Assembly (NCBI GenBank): GCA_963663165.1
Contig: OY760175.1
Span: forward strand, 2,720,001-2,784,000
Direction of reading: 5' to 3'
From: an uncultured Desulfospira sp.
Lineage (GTDB): Bacteria > Desulfobacterota > Desulfobacteria > Desulfobacterales > Desulfobacteraceae
DNA length: 64,000 bases
Positions within the stretch are counted from its first letter, which is position 1. Every line of letters starts with the position of its first letter. The translations under genes and the position numbers were made by a program. Of the stretch, positions 49,864 through 60,513 are shown piece by piece. The notes under the pieces were generated by a model, which was given only the letters and a program-made list of their open reading frames with translations, was not told the origin of the DNA and did not search any database.

Positions 49864-50820
49864 ATGGCCGTATGCAAATTCAGTCTTCCCACCGGTGAAA
49901 AATGCCCTGAGACTGCTGTGGACAGTGACGGCTTCTGCAAATGGCACGCAAGTCAGCCACCATCCGGACAGGGACTTAGGGAAGAGCTGAAAAAAAAGAT
50001 AAAGGCCGGGGAGAGCCTTGCCGGGTTTAACCTCAAAGGCCTTGACATGGCTGATGTTTACCTGATCCGGGCTGACTTGAGATATGCGGTCTTAAGTCAT
50101 GCCAATCTGGTCAAAGCCCACATGTACGGCGCCAATCTTGAAGGGGCAGATCTCTTTAAATCAAACCTGGAAAAAGCCAACCTCAAAGCCGCCAACCTGA
50201 AAAACGCCCAGCTTCTGGCCGCCAATTTTGACGGGACCAAACTTGAAGAAGCCCTTTGGAATAAAGATTATGTTCTCCAGAATGAATGGGAGGCGAACCA
50301 GGCATGGAAAAAAGGCGACAGGGAGCTGGCCCGTAAAAAATATAAAGAGGCTGAAGAGATTTACCGGAGCATCAAACAATGCCATCGGCAGCTAGGTCAT
50401 TCCAAAGACCAGAGCCCCTTTTTCTACCGCGAAATGGTGGTGCACAGAAAACAGATGCCGTTGTTCTCCTTTCTGCGGTTTTCCTCCAAGGCCATGGACA
50501 TCACCACGGGATACGGGGAGAGGCCGCTCAATGTGTTCTGGACATCCCTTGCCGTGGTCTTTTTCTGTGCTTTTTTATACGGACTGTTCGGGGTCCTGGA
50601 CCATGGACGCCCGGTTTCCTTCTGGGTGCATGACCGTACGTTGCTTGAAGCCATTGGAAATCTGATCTATTTCAGTTCCGTGGTCTTTACCACCATTGGT
50701 TTTGGGGATGTGGTCCCCTTTGGCTACAGTAAATGGATCATGACCATTGAGGGATTTTCCGGCCAGATACTGATCGCCTTCCTGGTTGTCTGTATTTATA
50801 AAAAACTTATGGAACGGTGA
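49864..50820 (+). CDS. Pentapeptide-repeat protein with 2-TM K+ channel-like domain
   Basis: A(D/N)L repeats; YFS..FTTIGFGD pore motif. Confidence 0.85.
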   Translation: MAVCKFSLPTGEKCPETAVDSDGFCKWHASQPPSGQGLREELKKKIKAGESLAGFNLKGLDMADVYLIRADLRYAVLSHANLVKAHMYGANLEGADLFKSNLEKANLKAANLKNAQLLAANFDGTKLEEALWNKDYVLQNEWEANQAWKKGDRELARKKYKEAEEIYRSIKQCHRQLGHSKDQSPFFYREMVVHRKQMPLFSFLRFSSKAMDITTGYGERPLNVFWTSLAVVFFCAFLYGLFGVLDHGRPVSFWVHDRTLLEAIGNLIYFSSVVFTTIGFGDVVPFGYSKWIMTIEGFSGQILIAFLVVCIYKKLMER

Positions 50821-50930
50821 TCCAGGCCTGAACGGCAGCGCTCTTGAAAGGAAAATGGAATCCTGGGCATGCCGCTATTCATTGATTTTAAGGGGAAACG
50901 AGAGAAGAACGCCTGTCCACCCCGTTTCCC

Positions 50931-52277
50931 CTATCCGCCTATTTTCTTTAACACCTGGCCGGCGGCGGTCAGCAATGGATCCCAGACCGGTCCAAAGGGC
51001 GGGGCATAGGCCAGGTCTGACTGGAAAAAATCCGCCACGGTCATCTGATTGTGGAGGGCAACGGCGGCCGCATTGATCCGGTGGGCCACCCCTTCTTTGC
51101 CCACCATCTGGACCCCGAGCAGGCGGCCGCTGGCCATATCGGCCACCATGCTGATATGAATGGGGGTTGATCCCGGCTGGCCATGGGCCCTGGACCGGGT
51201 TTGAATGGTATTTTCCCTGGGGTTAAATCCGGCGGCCTTGGCCTGCCCCAATGTCAGGCCGGTCCGGGCTGCCTCAAGATCAAACACCTTAAACACCGAG
51301 GTGCCGGCCACGCCTTTGAGTTCAGTCTCAATCCCGCAGATATGATCGGCCACGGCCCAGCCCGCCCGGTTGGCCCTTAAGGCCAGAGGAATCCAGCACT
51401 TTTGTCCGGTGACCACATGAAAGGCGTCGGCACAGTCGCCGGCAGCGTAAATATCAGGATCAGAGGTTCTCAGCTGACGGTCTACGCTGATGGCCCCGCC
51501 GATACCGAGTTGGAGCCCGGCATCTTTTGCCAGCCCGCTTAACGGCACCACACCAGATGCCACCAGGACCAGATCCGCTTCCAGCGTCAGGTCAGGGCAG
51601 ACCACCTTTGCACCGCCCGAAGCTGGCTCAATCCGGTCAATGGATCTGCCCGGGTACAAAGAAACCCCCTTTTGCAACAGTTCTTCTTCAATCACCTTGG
51701 CAAGCTCCGGGTTCAGCCAGGGTAAAAATACGGGGCCCGGCTTGACCATGGCCACGTTAACCCCTCTTTTTTCAAAGGCCTCGCACATTTCAAGGGCAAT
51801 ATATCCCATGCCGATGACCACGGCCTGTTTAACGTTCTTTTCAACCAGAAAATTTTTGATCTGCCGCCCCTGATCCAGATTTTTCAAGGTCTTGACACAG
51901 GCAAGGTCCACCCCCGGGACGGCCGGGACCATGGGGGCCGCGCCCGTGGCAATCAAAAGTTTGTCATAGTCAAACGCAAAGGGCTCGCCGGAAAGGGTGG
52001 TCCCGGACACTTTTTTGTCTTTGGGGTCGATCTTGTCCACCCGGTGGCCGGTGAGCAGGTTGATCTGATTTTTTTCCCTGAACACCTGGGCCTTTCTGAC
52101 CACCAGAACATCCATATCCCGGTCAGGATCAGCGATATTGTAAGGCATGCCGCAGGCACTGTAGGAAACGTCTTCGGTCATTTCCAGGACCGTTACCTTG
52201 GCATCTTTATTCAACCGTTTGAGCTTGCTGGCCGCACTCATGCCGGCGGCGTCACCGCCAATGATCACAACATTCAT
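50931..52277 (-). CDS. CoA-disulfide reductase/NADH oxidase family flavoprotein
   Basis: GGDAAGMSAA, SYSACGMPY, ATGA, GDC, DLAYAPPF. Confidence 0.92.
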   Translation of the reverse strand: MNVVIIGGDAAGMSAASKLKRLNKDAKVTVLEMTEDVSYSACGMPYNIADPDRDMDVLVVRKAQVFREKNQINLLTGHRVDKIDPKDKKVSGTTLSGEPFAFDYDKLLIATGAAPMVPAVPGVDLACVKTLKNLDQGRQIKNFLVEKNVKQAVVIGMGYIALEMCEAFEKRGVNVAMVKPGPVFLPWLNPELAKVIEEELLQKGVSLYPGRSIDRIEPASGGAKVVCPDLTLEADLVLVASGVVPLSGLAKDAGLQLGIGGAISVDRQLRTSDPDIYAAGDCADAFHVVTGQKCWIPLALRANRAGWAVADHICGIETELKGVAGTSVFKVFDLEAARTGLTLGQAKAAGFNPRENTIQTRSRAHGQPGSTPIHISMVADMASGRLLGVQMVGKEGVAHRINAAAVALHNQMTVADFFQSDLAYAPPFGPVWDPLLTAAGQVLKKIGG

Positions 52278-52291
52278 GGGTTAGTCCTTAT

Positions 52292-52360
52292 ATTAGCTGT
52301 TAGCTGTTAGCTTTTAGCTTTTAGCGGCTAAAGGCTAATAGCTAATGGCTGATAGCTAAT
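52292..52360. repeat. Inverted 7-mer array (TTAGCTN / NAGCTAA)
   Basis: Seen directly; similar arrays near 44895 and 61655. Confidence 0.8.
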
Positions 52361-52522
52361 TATTATAAGAAACTTCTGGAAAACCCAAGCCAAAATTTCT
52401 ATAGTTGACAGGGGCAGCCAGGGTTTGGCTTTCCCCGGCCGGCCGAGACAACGGCGCTTAAGCCTTAAAACGCCCGCCAGGCAGCTTGATCACGCTTTGC
52501 GGGATTAAAAGGATAAAAATTT

Positions 52523-53017
52523 ATGTTTACCTTGAACGATCTTTTGGATATTGCTGTCACCATGGAAAAAAACGGGGAAAAAATTTACCTGACCGCCATG
52601 GATCAGGTCAAATCCGACCAGCTCAAATCCCTGCTCAAATGGATGGCCCAAGAAGAAACACATCATGCCAAATGGTTTTCCAGTTTAAAAAAGCAGACTT
52701 TGGATAACTCAGAAGACCTTGAAACCATGCTGCCTGACATTATCAAAGAAATGATGGGGAAAAAAAGCCTGTCCCTGGACGAGGTGGATTTTTCTCAAAT
52801 CAAAACCACGGGACAGATGCTTGCCGTATTTGCCGAGTTTGAAAATGATACGGTCCTTTTTTATGAATTTTTAGAACCCTTTATTGAAAATGCCGACAGC
52901 CTGGCCGGTTTAAAAAAAATCATTACAGAAGAGAATGCCCATAAAGAAAAGCTGATGCTCATGATCCAGTCGGTTGAAGACAGCGGGACCCGGGAGGCGG
53001 TCAGCCTTCAGTTTTAA
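52523..53017 (+). CDS. Rubrerythrin/ferritin-like protein
   Basis: E..G..Y, EETHH, FE..T..FY, EENAH. Confidence 0.85.
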   Translation: MFTLNDLLDIAVTMEKNGEKIYLTAMDQVKSDQLKSLLKWMAQEETHHAKWFSSLKKQTLDNSEDLETMLPDIIKEMMGKKSLSLDEVDFSQIKTTGQMLAVFAEFENDTVLFYEFLEPFIENADSLAGLKKIITEENAHKEKLMLMIQSVEDSGTREAVSLQF

Positions 53018-53102
53018 AGCCCCTTAAGTCCGGTTGCCCGGTTTGCCGCGGATAAACGTTAACCCAAGAAGCCCTCAGGATATAAGATTGAACCTGTACA
53101 GA

Positions 53103-53792
53103 ATGATCATCTGGTTGTTTTGCCTTTGTTTCATAATGGCCGGTGCCCTGCCTCTTTATGGGGTAGAAACGCCCCCTGACGGCACCCTGTCCTTATCCGG
53201 AGATAAAAATGCCCTGAGCCTTACGGCTGAGAACGTTCCGGCATCACAGATTATCCGTAAGTTAAAAGAACAGTTTTCCATTGCATTCACCGGCCTTGAC
53301 GACCGGACCGAAAAACGGATTACCCTTTCCTGTTCCGGGCCTTTACTGGATGTTATCCAAAAATTATTAAAAGCGGCCGCCATAGAAAATTATGCGTTTA
53401 CTTTTAACCGGGACCGGTTAACCGGGGTGGGGGTTTTTCCGCAGTCCTCATCACCGGACTCAGATCCATTGCCTGAAGACCCCGCGCCAAAACATTCAAC
53501 GGCGTCCGCCGTCAAGATCCAATCCGTAATCGAAGGCACACAGGCGTCAAGAATCGGGCTTCAACCCGATGATATCATTATTGCCTATAACGGCAAACGG
53601 ATCATCCATGCCCACCGGCTGGTCCACCAGGTCGAAAGAGATGAGTCCAAACCATTGGCCACCCTTGTCATTCTCCGGGATGGAAACCTTGAAAAGTATG
53701 ATATAGACGGCGGGTTTATCGGGGTCCAGGTGGTGACCATCCCCATGGATGCGGAACGGCTTGAAGCCTATTTTGATGACCTGGGGATTTGA
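53103..53792 (+). CDS. Exported PDZ-domain protein (start uncertain)
   Basis: Hydrophobic leader; A..IGLQPDDII..YNG. Confidence 0.7.
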   Translation: MIIWLFCLCFIMAGALPLYGVETPPDGTLSLSGDKNALSLTAENVPASQIIRKLKEQFSIAFTGLDDRTEKRITLSCSGPLLDVIQKLLKAAAIENYAFTFNRDRLTGVGVFPQSSSPDSDPLPEDPAPKHSTASAVKIQSVIEGTQASRIGLQPDDIIIAYNGKRIIHAHRLVHQVERDESKPLATLVILRDGNLEKYDIDGGFIGVQVVTIPMDAERLEAYFDDLGI

Positions 53793-53809
53793 TCCTTTGG
53801 GGAAAGTGG

Positions 53810-53845
53810 GAAAGCGGGCTTAACCAGAGCACAGAGCCCGCTTTC
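53810..53845. terminator. Bidirectional terminator
   Basis: GAAAGCGGGCT/AGCCCGCTTTC. Confidence 0.65.
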
Positions 53846-53870
53846 AATCCAAGTTGCTTACAGGGGAAGA

Positions 53871-54725
53871 TCAGCCCTCTTTCCTGCCGTCAGGATGGCT
53901 TGTGCCTTTGACCACACCCGGCTCTCCCGTGATAAAATCGGTCTCCATGTAACGGACCACTTCGCTGGTCGGCAATACATTTGCCACTGTCCCCCCGGCT
54001 ACCTTCAGCGCAATTTCCTGATTGGCCGTTGCCGTCGCAACGGCGTCGCTGACCACCACCACATCATACCCGCGGGAGTTGCCGGCAAAAGCTGTACTCA
54101 GAATACATTCATCGGTCCAGAGACCGGCCAGCACAATGGTATCAATACCGGCAGCCTTTAACTTTTCATCCAGATAGGAATTGCCGTTCTCGTCAAAATT
54201 CCAGAACATATCCAGATGTCGGCCATGATAAAACCAGCCGTCGGCAATCTCTTCCCCGGTCGGGGCAATTTCCGCCAAAGGTGCCATCCCGGGGGCACCG
54301 GTAAAAATATAGACCGCATTCTCCGGGTTTTTGGCCAAGCCTTTGGGGCCGTACCAACGGTCCATTGCGTTGCTGATCCCGTCGTCAAACCGGCGGGCCC
54401 AGGCACTCCAGACAATTCGGATGCCGTCACTTTTGGATTGGGCCGCCCTGAAGGAATCCGTAAGTTTTATCAAATGGGGCAGCACATCTCCGGCATAGGG
54501 CCGGTATTCTTCCTGGCAGTCATCTAAAAGCAGGGCCACCCTGCGGGGCCGGTCCGAAAGATTCCAGGACGCCCAAAAGCCGAGCGGCTGCCCATGCGGA
54601 CCGCCCGGTGTGCTGGTGTAGTTATCCATCGGCTTTAGGGCCAGGTCCATGTCGCGATGCCTGCATGGTGCCTGAAGTGCTTCTTTGAGTGTCTGGATTT
54701 TATAGCCATCCATGTTGTTCATCAT
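53871..54725 (-). CDS. Isochorismatase/cysteine hydrolase family protein
   Basis: ALLLDDCQ, GLWTDECI.ST, GYDVVVVSDA. Confidence 0.85.
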   Translation of the reverse strand: MMNNMDGYKIQTLKEALQAPCRHRDMDLALKPMDNYTSTPGGPHGQPLGFWASWNLSDRPRRVALLLDDCQEEYRPYAGDVLPHLIKLTDSFRAAQSKSDGIRIVWSAWARRFDDGISNAMDRWYGPKGLAKNPENAVYIFTGAPGMAPLAEIAPTGEEIADGWFYHGRHLDMFWNFDENGNSYLDEKLKAAGIDTIVLAGLWTDECILSTAFAGNSRGYDVVVVSDAVATATANQEIALKVAGGTVANVLPTSEVVRYMETDFITGEPGVVKGTSHPDGRKEG

Positions 54726-54755
54726 CACATTCTCCTGCAAATCGCTAAAATAGTT

Positions 54756-54907
54756 GTAACTATTCAGCTAATGCTGAAAACTAAGCAAAACAAGGGTCCG
54801 TAACTGTTCATCAGTGCTTCATATTTGTTTAGTCAGGACTTCGTAGCATACTGTTGCTATGTGAGAAGGCCTGAATGAGCGAAGATGGGGCACTGCTGAA
54901 CAGTTAC
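54756..54907. mobile_element. MITE, 152 bp
   Basis: IR GTAACT(A/G)TTCAGC; 8-bp TSD AAATAGTT at 54748-54755 and 54908-54915. Confidence 0.8.
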
Positions 54908-55322
54908 AAATAGTTTTTGTTAAAACTATATCTGGGTTGGCAGACCGGTTTCCATTCGCCATTAAGTAAAACATGACCCCCCTTGCGGCCTTTCCGGAAA
55001 CCACTGATATGTTAATTTTATCTTATTTCCAGCATTTATCCCCCGTATACCCATTTAACGCTTTCTAATTCGCAGGTCAAGATATTTATTTCGAACTCAA
55101 TGCATTATTCTGGAACCAATACAATGGGTTTAGCCCTCATCATTCATCCCTCTTTTCTTTTTGAAAACACTTAAAAATTTCAGGGCGATGCGGGGTTTTA
55201 TCTTTGAAAAAGGTCTTAACTGGATAGGAAGGGGCAGGCTGAAAAGCGGGAAAACGAAAAAATGAGCCGGCGGGAGCTGGGCGGCGGGAGGGTATGGCCC
55301 CTTTGGCCCGCCTACCCTTTTT

Positions 55323-56234
55323 TCAACCCAAATGAATCAGCAGGGCTCTGAGTTTTTCCCGGGTCCGGTCAAATTCTTTTTGGAATGCCTTGTTTTCACT
55401 GTTGTCGAATCCGGAAAAATCCATCAGTTCCAGGGTCTTGATCAGATTGAGCTGGTCAAGGATGTGGGTTTCGGCCACCATCCGGCAGGCATTGTTATCT
55501 TTTTCCTTTATTTTCTGAACCAGTTCCGGATTTGCCCCTAAGAATTCCGGCGCGGCATACTCTTTTTCAAGCACATGGTAAATCAGGTGAAACATGCCGT
55601 CTACCCGGCTCATCTTGATCCGGGTGGGGGTGTGGAAAAAAGAAACATTTTTATCCACGTTGACATCCCCACTGTTCAAATACCGGACCCGGTCAAACCA
55701 GTTCAGGGTATAGGTCAGATAATCCGATGGCTGCCAGGTCTCTTTTTTCCAGACATGGGCCTTGGCCGCCTTTTTTAACCCCTCCATGCAGTCCTCGGTA
55801 TTTTCATAGTTATAGGTCCCTAAAAGGGCGCCGGACTGAAAAATATCGATCCCGGGGTTATGGGCTTTGGTGCTGATCTCTGCGCACAAAATCCGATTTT
55901 CCTCGCCAGGGTTTAAAATGATGATCTTGCAGGAGGGATACTGTTTCTCAATGCGGACAAGTTCCGGTGCCGTATCCGGCGGAACAAGGGCATTGGCAGC
56001 ACTTGAAGACAAAAAAGCGGCAAACACAGACGGACTTAAGTCCATTCGCTTTAAGGCGGATTCAAACAGGGGGATTTCCTCACGGCTCATGCCCCGGACA
56101 GGAATTAACCGCCCCTTTTCCATATCCGGTATAAACAATTCCATAATCGCTTCAAGACCGGCCTGCCAGTAGGCGCTTCTCGGGTCCTTATCCTGATCTA
56201 TCCACTGTTTGGCCATTGAAGATATGTCTTTCAT
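55323..56234 (-). CDS. Hypothetical protein
   Basis: 303-aa ORF with AAGGA RBS, no motif recognised. Confidence 0.75.
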   Translation of the reverse strand: MKDISSMAKQWIDQDKDPRSAYWQAGLEAIMELFIPDMEKGRLIPVRGMSREEIPLFESALKRMDLSPSVFAAFLSSSAANALVPPDTAPELVRIEKQYPSCKIIILNPGEENRILCAEISTKAHNPGIDIFQSGALLGTYNYENTEDCMEGLKKAAKAHVWKKETWQPSDYLTYTLNWFDRVRYLNSGDVNVDKNVSFFHTPTRIKMSRVDGMFHLIYHVLEKEYAAPEFLGANPELVQKIKEKDNNACRMVAETHILDQLNLIKTLELMDFSGFDNSENKAFQKEFDRTREKLRALLIHLG

Positions 56235-56583
56235 GCCTGGTTCCTTTTTTCCTGAAATTTTTTTCCTTCCGGGCCTGGTAATAAATCAGAAAGGGGCCGA
56301 TGTTGTCAATATAAACATTTTTTCAGGGGTTAACAAAAACATAATATCCCGATAGTTATTCAAAATAATCCCTCTCCTTTTATGGGTCTGTTGCCCATAA
56401 TTCAATGTCATTAACTTAAGCGTTAATACAAGAAACTGGATACAAGAAACAAGACAGGGAAGCGCCGTTGGTGCCCATTTTATAAAGTCTGCACGCACGG
56501 CCAGATTTCTTAAGTTAATGGCATTGGCCCATAACTATTAAATAGTCCGGACCTTTGAAAGCATCATCATTGGACGAATTCCG

Positions 56584-56946
56584 TTGCCCAATCCCAAGAG
56601 TGGCCGTAAATCCGAAGTCGTTTTTATTCCCCAAAAGGTGGCAGACCGGCTGCGTGATTATATTGCCGCTGAAAATATCCTGGAGGATAAGCGTATTTTC
56701 CCTCTGGGATATACCCATGCCGGGGAGATCGTTAAAAGCGCCGGCAAGAAAATCGGAATTAATGTAAGGCCACATGATCTCAGGCGGCATGCAGCCACTT
56801 ATGCCAGCCGATCAGGCGTTCCCATTGAAATCGTTTCAAAAATCATTCTCCGGCACGCTAATCTGTCCACGACCCAGCGGTATCCTGGCAAAGTCAGCGA
56901 CACTGAGGCCATGTATTGGATCGAGAATATTTACCGGTTTGGATGA
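56584..56946 (+). pseudogene. C-terminal fragment of tyrosine recombinase
   Basis: PKSG, HDLRRHAAT, LRH..STTQRY; N-terminus absent. Confidence 0.8.
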
Positions 56947-56956
56947 AACGAGATGA

Positions 56957-57241
56957 TCAAAAGTCTTTGGGCCATTTCATTGAGGTATGCATAACCCTCA
57001 AGATAAAAATGATCCCATCCTTTTCGATATATGGCAAAATGAATGGTAAGCCGCTTATAACCAATTCTCTTGTTCCTGGTACCCTACCGGGTCGCCCCAT
57101 CCCCGGATGCTCACCCAGTGCTTTTGCACTGTCCCATATTTTTTGCCCCACACTTTGCGCTGCCATGGGGCGATCCTCGGTTATATACTTAATGGCATTA
57201 TCCAGGTTTAATAATGCCGTACGGGTCCACTTAACGAGCAT
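56957..57241 (-). CDS. RelE/ParE toxin
   Basis: WT..AL.DL..YI, HPGMGRPG...TRELV...ILRVMH. Confidence 0.9.
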   Translation of the reverse strand: MLVKWTRTALLNLDNAIKYITEDRPMAAQSVGQKIWDSAKALGEHPGMGRPGRVPGTRELVISGLPFILPYIEKDGIIFILRVMHTSMKWPKDF

Positions 57242-57470
57242 CTACACCCCACTGACTAAATGCACTTCTAACCTCCTCGTCTGTGGCAATTTTGCCCTGT
57301 TCAACCTCTGAGAGGCCAGCCTGGATTTCCTGTGCAAACCACTCTTCGTAATCAACAAATTTTTCTATGGCTTGATTAATTATCCAAGATCGGGAACGAT
57401 TGAGAGCCTCTGCAAGATTATCAAGCCGTCCCAATACGTTATCATCAATTCTCACTGTTGTTGGCTTCAT
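57231..57470 (-). CDS. CopG/RHH antitoxin
   Basis: TTVRID...LDNLA...RSRSWII; overlaps toxin. Confidence 0.9.
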   Translation of the reverse strand: MKPTTVRIDDNVLGRLDNLAEALNRSRSWIINQAIEKFVDYEEWFAQEIQAGLSEVEQGKIATDEEVRSAFSQWGVDAR

Positions 57471-57951
57471 AAATATCTCCTGTATTTACCTGTATGCTCA
57501 TAGACTACACTGGAACATAAAAAGAAACAAGCACATTGGTTTAAGAATCGATTCCATTCCCAGTTGGGAAAAAATCATGGGGGTGAGGCCACCTATTGGA
57601 TTAGGAATATTTATCCCGGTAAAAATTTGAAAAGAATTGAACTGATCCCAACCCCCAACAATGGAAACGCCAGTGCCCATGAGGTTTTTCGGGGCAATAG
57701 CGACGGGGTATAGACCAAATAAGACCCCGGGGTCACACCCGGGGCTATATTCCGTGACCCCGCCCGGGTCTTTGCTCTGAGCCAGATGAGGTCCTAAAAC
57801 ACAATGATTCTGGATAGTAATCCGAAAGGGACCGGAAGAGTCCCCGGACTATCCCTGTAAGCACTCACTTTTTTGAAATTATGTCTTGAACACTAAAAAT
57901 AAACTTTTATTGGAAGACAAACCTTATATTTTCCATCCTTTTCCCCACTTG

Positions 57952-58569
57952 TCAGGGCTGCCGGATCAAGGCCAGAATCATCTCTTCGACCTTGCCGCCG
58001 ATCCGTTTCATGTGGCCGATCCGCTCCTTGTCTGTCCGGCCCGGATAGTTGCGAAAGGAGATCAGGATGCCGCTTAAGCAGGAAAAAAAGGTGTGGGCAA
58101 GAATTCTTGAATCTTTCTGGCATCCCATTTTATGGAACATGGACTCAAACAGATCCATGAGCAACTGGCCGGCCTGGTTGAGCTTGTCCACGGCCGTCAT
58201 CTCCCGGGAACCGTGAAGGGCAAAATGGGTGATCATCCGCCACTGGGCTTTGTTAACAATATAATAGTCAAGGAACTCGTCTACGGCGGCCTTGATATAC
58301 CCCTCATCAATGGATTCAATCTTTTTTCTTAACCGGTCCACAAAGGCTTTGGCATCCCGGCTGGCAATCACCGCATACAGTTCTTCCTGGCTTTTAAAAT
58401 AGGTGTAAATGGAAGACTTTGAGATGCCGGCCACCTTGGCGATTTCCGCCATACTCACCTGGTCATAGGTTTTGGCCCCGAAGACCTCCCGGCCCGCGTC
58501 AATAATAATCTTCTGTCTTAAATTCCTTTCCTTGGCCTTGAGCCTCCCCAAGGTGGTGTTTTTTCCCAT
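57952..58569 (-). CDS. TetR-family regulator
   Basis: SMAEIAKVAGISKSSIYTYFKSQEEL; divergent from the ligase operon. Confidence 0.92.
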   Translation of the reverse strand: MGKNTTLGRLKAKERNLRQKIIIDAGREVFGAKTYDQVSMAEIAKVAGISKSSIYTYFKSQEELYAVIASRDAKAFVDRLRKKIESIDEGYIKAAVDEFLDYYIVNKAQWRMITHFALHGSREMTAVDKLNQAGQLLMDLFESMFHKMGCQKDSRILAHTFFSCLSGILISFRNYPGRTDKERIGHMKRIGGKVEEMILALIRQP

Positions 58570-58785
58570 ATCCTTCTCCGCCCGGTTTCAAGCCGCCTCA
58601 TGGGGGCTAACCCGTACCGCCCCTTAAGCTAACCTATTGATAAAACCATAATATCTTTGACATACCATAATCGGGCCATTTTCACAAGCCATGGTTGACA
58701 ACATGAACAACGTTTTATATAAAGACCAGTAAACAACGGTGTATTTTCCGGTTGAACATCACAAAAAAGGAAAAACAAAAGCACC

Positions 58786-60513
58786 ATGACTGATCCCAAG
58801 CCCTGGCTCAAATTTTATTCAGACATTCCCCAAAGCCTGGATTATCCAGACCTGACCATGTACCAGGCCCTGATGAAAACCGTAAACCGGTTTCCGGACA
58901 AAGTGGCCTGGGATTTTATGGGCACCCTTTGCACCTACAAGGAATTTGGCCGGCTGATTGAAAGATGCGCCCATGCCCTGGCAGGCCTTGGCCTCCAAAA
59001 AGGGGACCCCATTACCATATCCATGCCCACCTGCCCCCAGGGCATCATCTGTTTTTATGCGGCCAACCGGATCGGTGCTGTTGCCGCCATGATCCATCCC
59101 CTGTCCACCCAAAGCGAAATCGAATTTTATTTAACCCTGTCCACCTCCACCATGGCATTGACCCTGGATGCCTTTTACGGCAAATTTACCAAAGCCATGG
59201 AACCAACCCCCTGCAACCGGCTTATCCTGACCCAAATTACAGATTTTCTGTCCCCTGTGAAACAGTTTGGATTCTGGGTCACCCGGGGCAGAAAAATCCC
59301 CAAGGTTCCCCGGGACAGCCGGGTGTCCTGGTGGAAGGACATCATGGACACCGCCTTTAAAGAACAGGCTCCTCCAAAAGTTCATGCCGACGATACCGCG
59401 GTTATCCTGTATTCCGGCGGCACCACGGGAAGGCCCAAAGGAATTTTATTGTCCAACGCCAATTTTATCAGCGAGGGCATGATGGTGGCGGCCTGGGGCA
59501 ACCTTACCGCAGATGACGCCATTTTGGCCATTTTGCCCATTTTCCATGGATTCGGACTTGGGGTCTGCGTTAACGGCGCGTTTATGGCAGGAGCCCGGTC
59601 CATCCTGGTGCCCCAGTTCACCCCTGACATCGTGGCAAAGCTGGTCAAAACCAAAAAGCCCAGCTTCATCATCGGGGTTCCCACCCTGTTTGCAGCCCTG
59701 ATTAAAAACAAAACCTTTGCCCGTTCCGATCTGTCCTGCCTGAAAGCGGCATTTTCCGGTGCCGACACCCTGCCCTATGTGGTCAAACAGGGATTTGAGG
59801 AACTGGTAAAAAAACAGGGGGGCCGCACCAAACTTTTGGAAGGATACGGCCTGACCGAGGCCGTGACTGCTGTCATGGCCATGCCCATGGGTCATTACCG
59901 GGAAGGCAGCATCGGGATTCCCTTTCCGGACATGGCTGCCAAGGTTGTTGACCCGGATACCTTAACGGAAAAGCCTGTTGGGGAGGACGGCGAACTGTGC
60001 CTGTCCGGGCCGGCGGTCATGAAAGGATATCTGAACCAGGAAGCTGAAACCCAAAATGTGCTGAAAGTCCATGATGATCAGAAAACCTGGCTTCATACCG
60101 GAGACATGGTTTCCCAGGACAAGGACGGATTCTTTTATTTTAAACTCCGGCTTAAGCGGATGATTAAATCCTCGGGCATGAACGTTTTTCCGGCCCAGGT
60201 AGAGGATGTGATCTATAGCCATGATGCCGTGTCCGCGGTCTGTGTCATCGGGGTTCCTGATCCCGAACAGGTAAAACGGATAAAGGCTTTTGTGGTATTG
60301 CAAAAAGGGTTTGAACCCGGACCTGAAATGGAAGCCGAAATCATTGCCCACTGCCGCAAAACCCTGATTAAATGGAGCTGCCCCAGGGAAATTGAGTTCA
60401 GGGATGCCCTGCCCACTACCCTGGTTGGAAAAATTGCTTTTCACACCCTTGAACAAGAAGAATTAGGGCGGTTAAAGGCCCGGGGGGAATTCACGGGAGA
60501 AGAAAATTCATGA
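58786..60513 (+). CDS. Acyl-CoA synthetase (FadD-like AMP-binding)
   Basis: YSGGTTGRPKG, EGYGLTE, HTGD, VGK. Confidence 0.93.
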   Translation: MTDPKPWLKFYSDIPQSLDYPDLTMYQALMKTVNRFPDKVAWDFMGTLCTYKEFGRLIERCAHALAGLGLQKGDPITISMPTCPQGIICFYAANRIGAVAAMIHPLSTQSEIEFYLTLSTSTMALTLDAFYGKFTKAMEPTPCNRLILTQITDFLSPVKQFGFWVTRGRKIPKVPRDSRVSWWKDIMDTAFKEQAPPKVHADDTAVILYSGGTTGRPKGILLSNANFISEGMMVAAWGNLTADDAILAILPIFHGFGLGVCVNGAFMAGARSILVPQFTPDIVAKLVKTKKPSFIIGVPTLFAALIKNKTFARSDLSCLKAAFSGADTLPYVVKQGFEELVKKQGGRTKLLEGYGLTEAVTAVMAMPMGHYREGSIGIPFPDMAAKVVDPDTLTEKPVGEDGELCLSGPAVMKGYLNQEAETQNVLKVHDDQKTWLHTGDMVSQDKDGFFYFKLRLKRMIKSSGMNVFPAQVEDVIYSHDAVSAVCVIGVPDPEQVKRIKAFVVLQKGFEPGPEMEAEIIAHCRKTLIKWSCPREIEFRDALPTTLVGKIAFHTLEQEELGRLKARGEFTGEENS

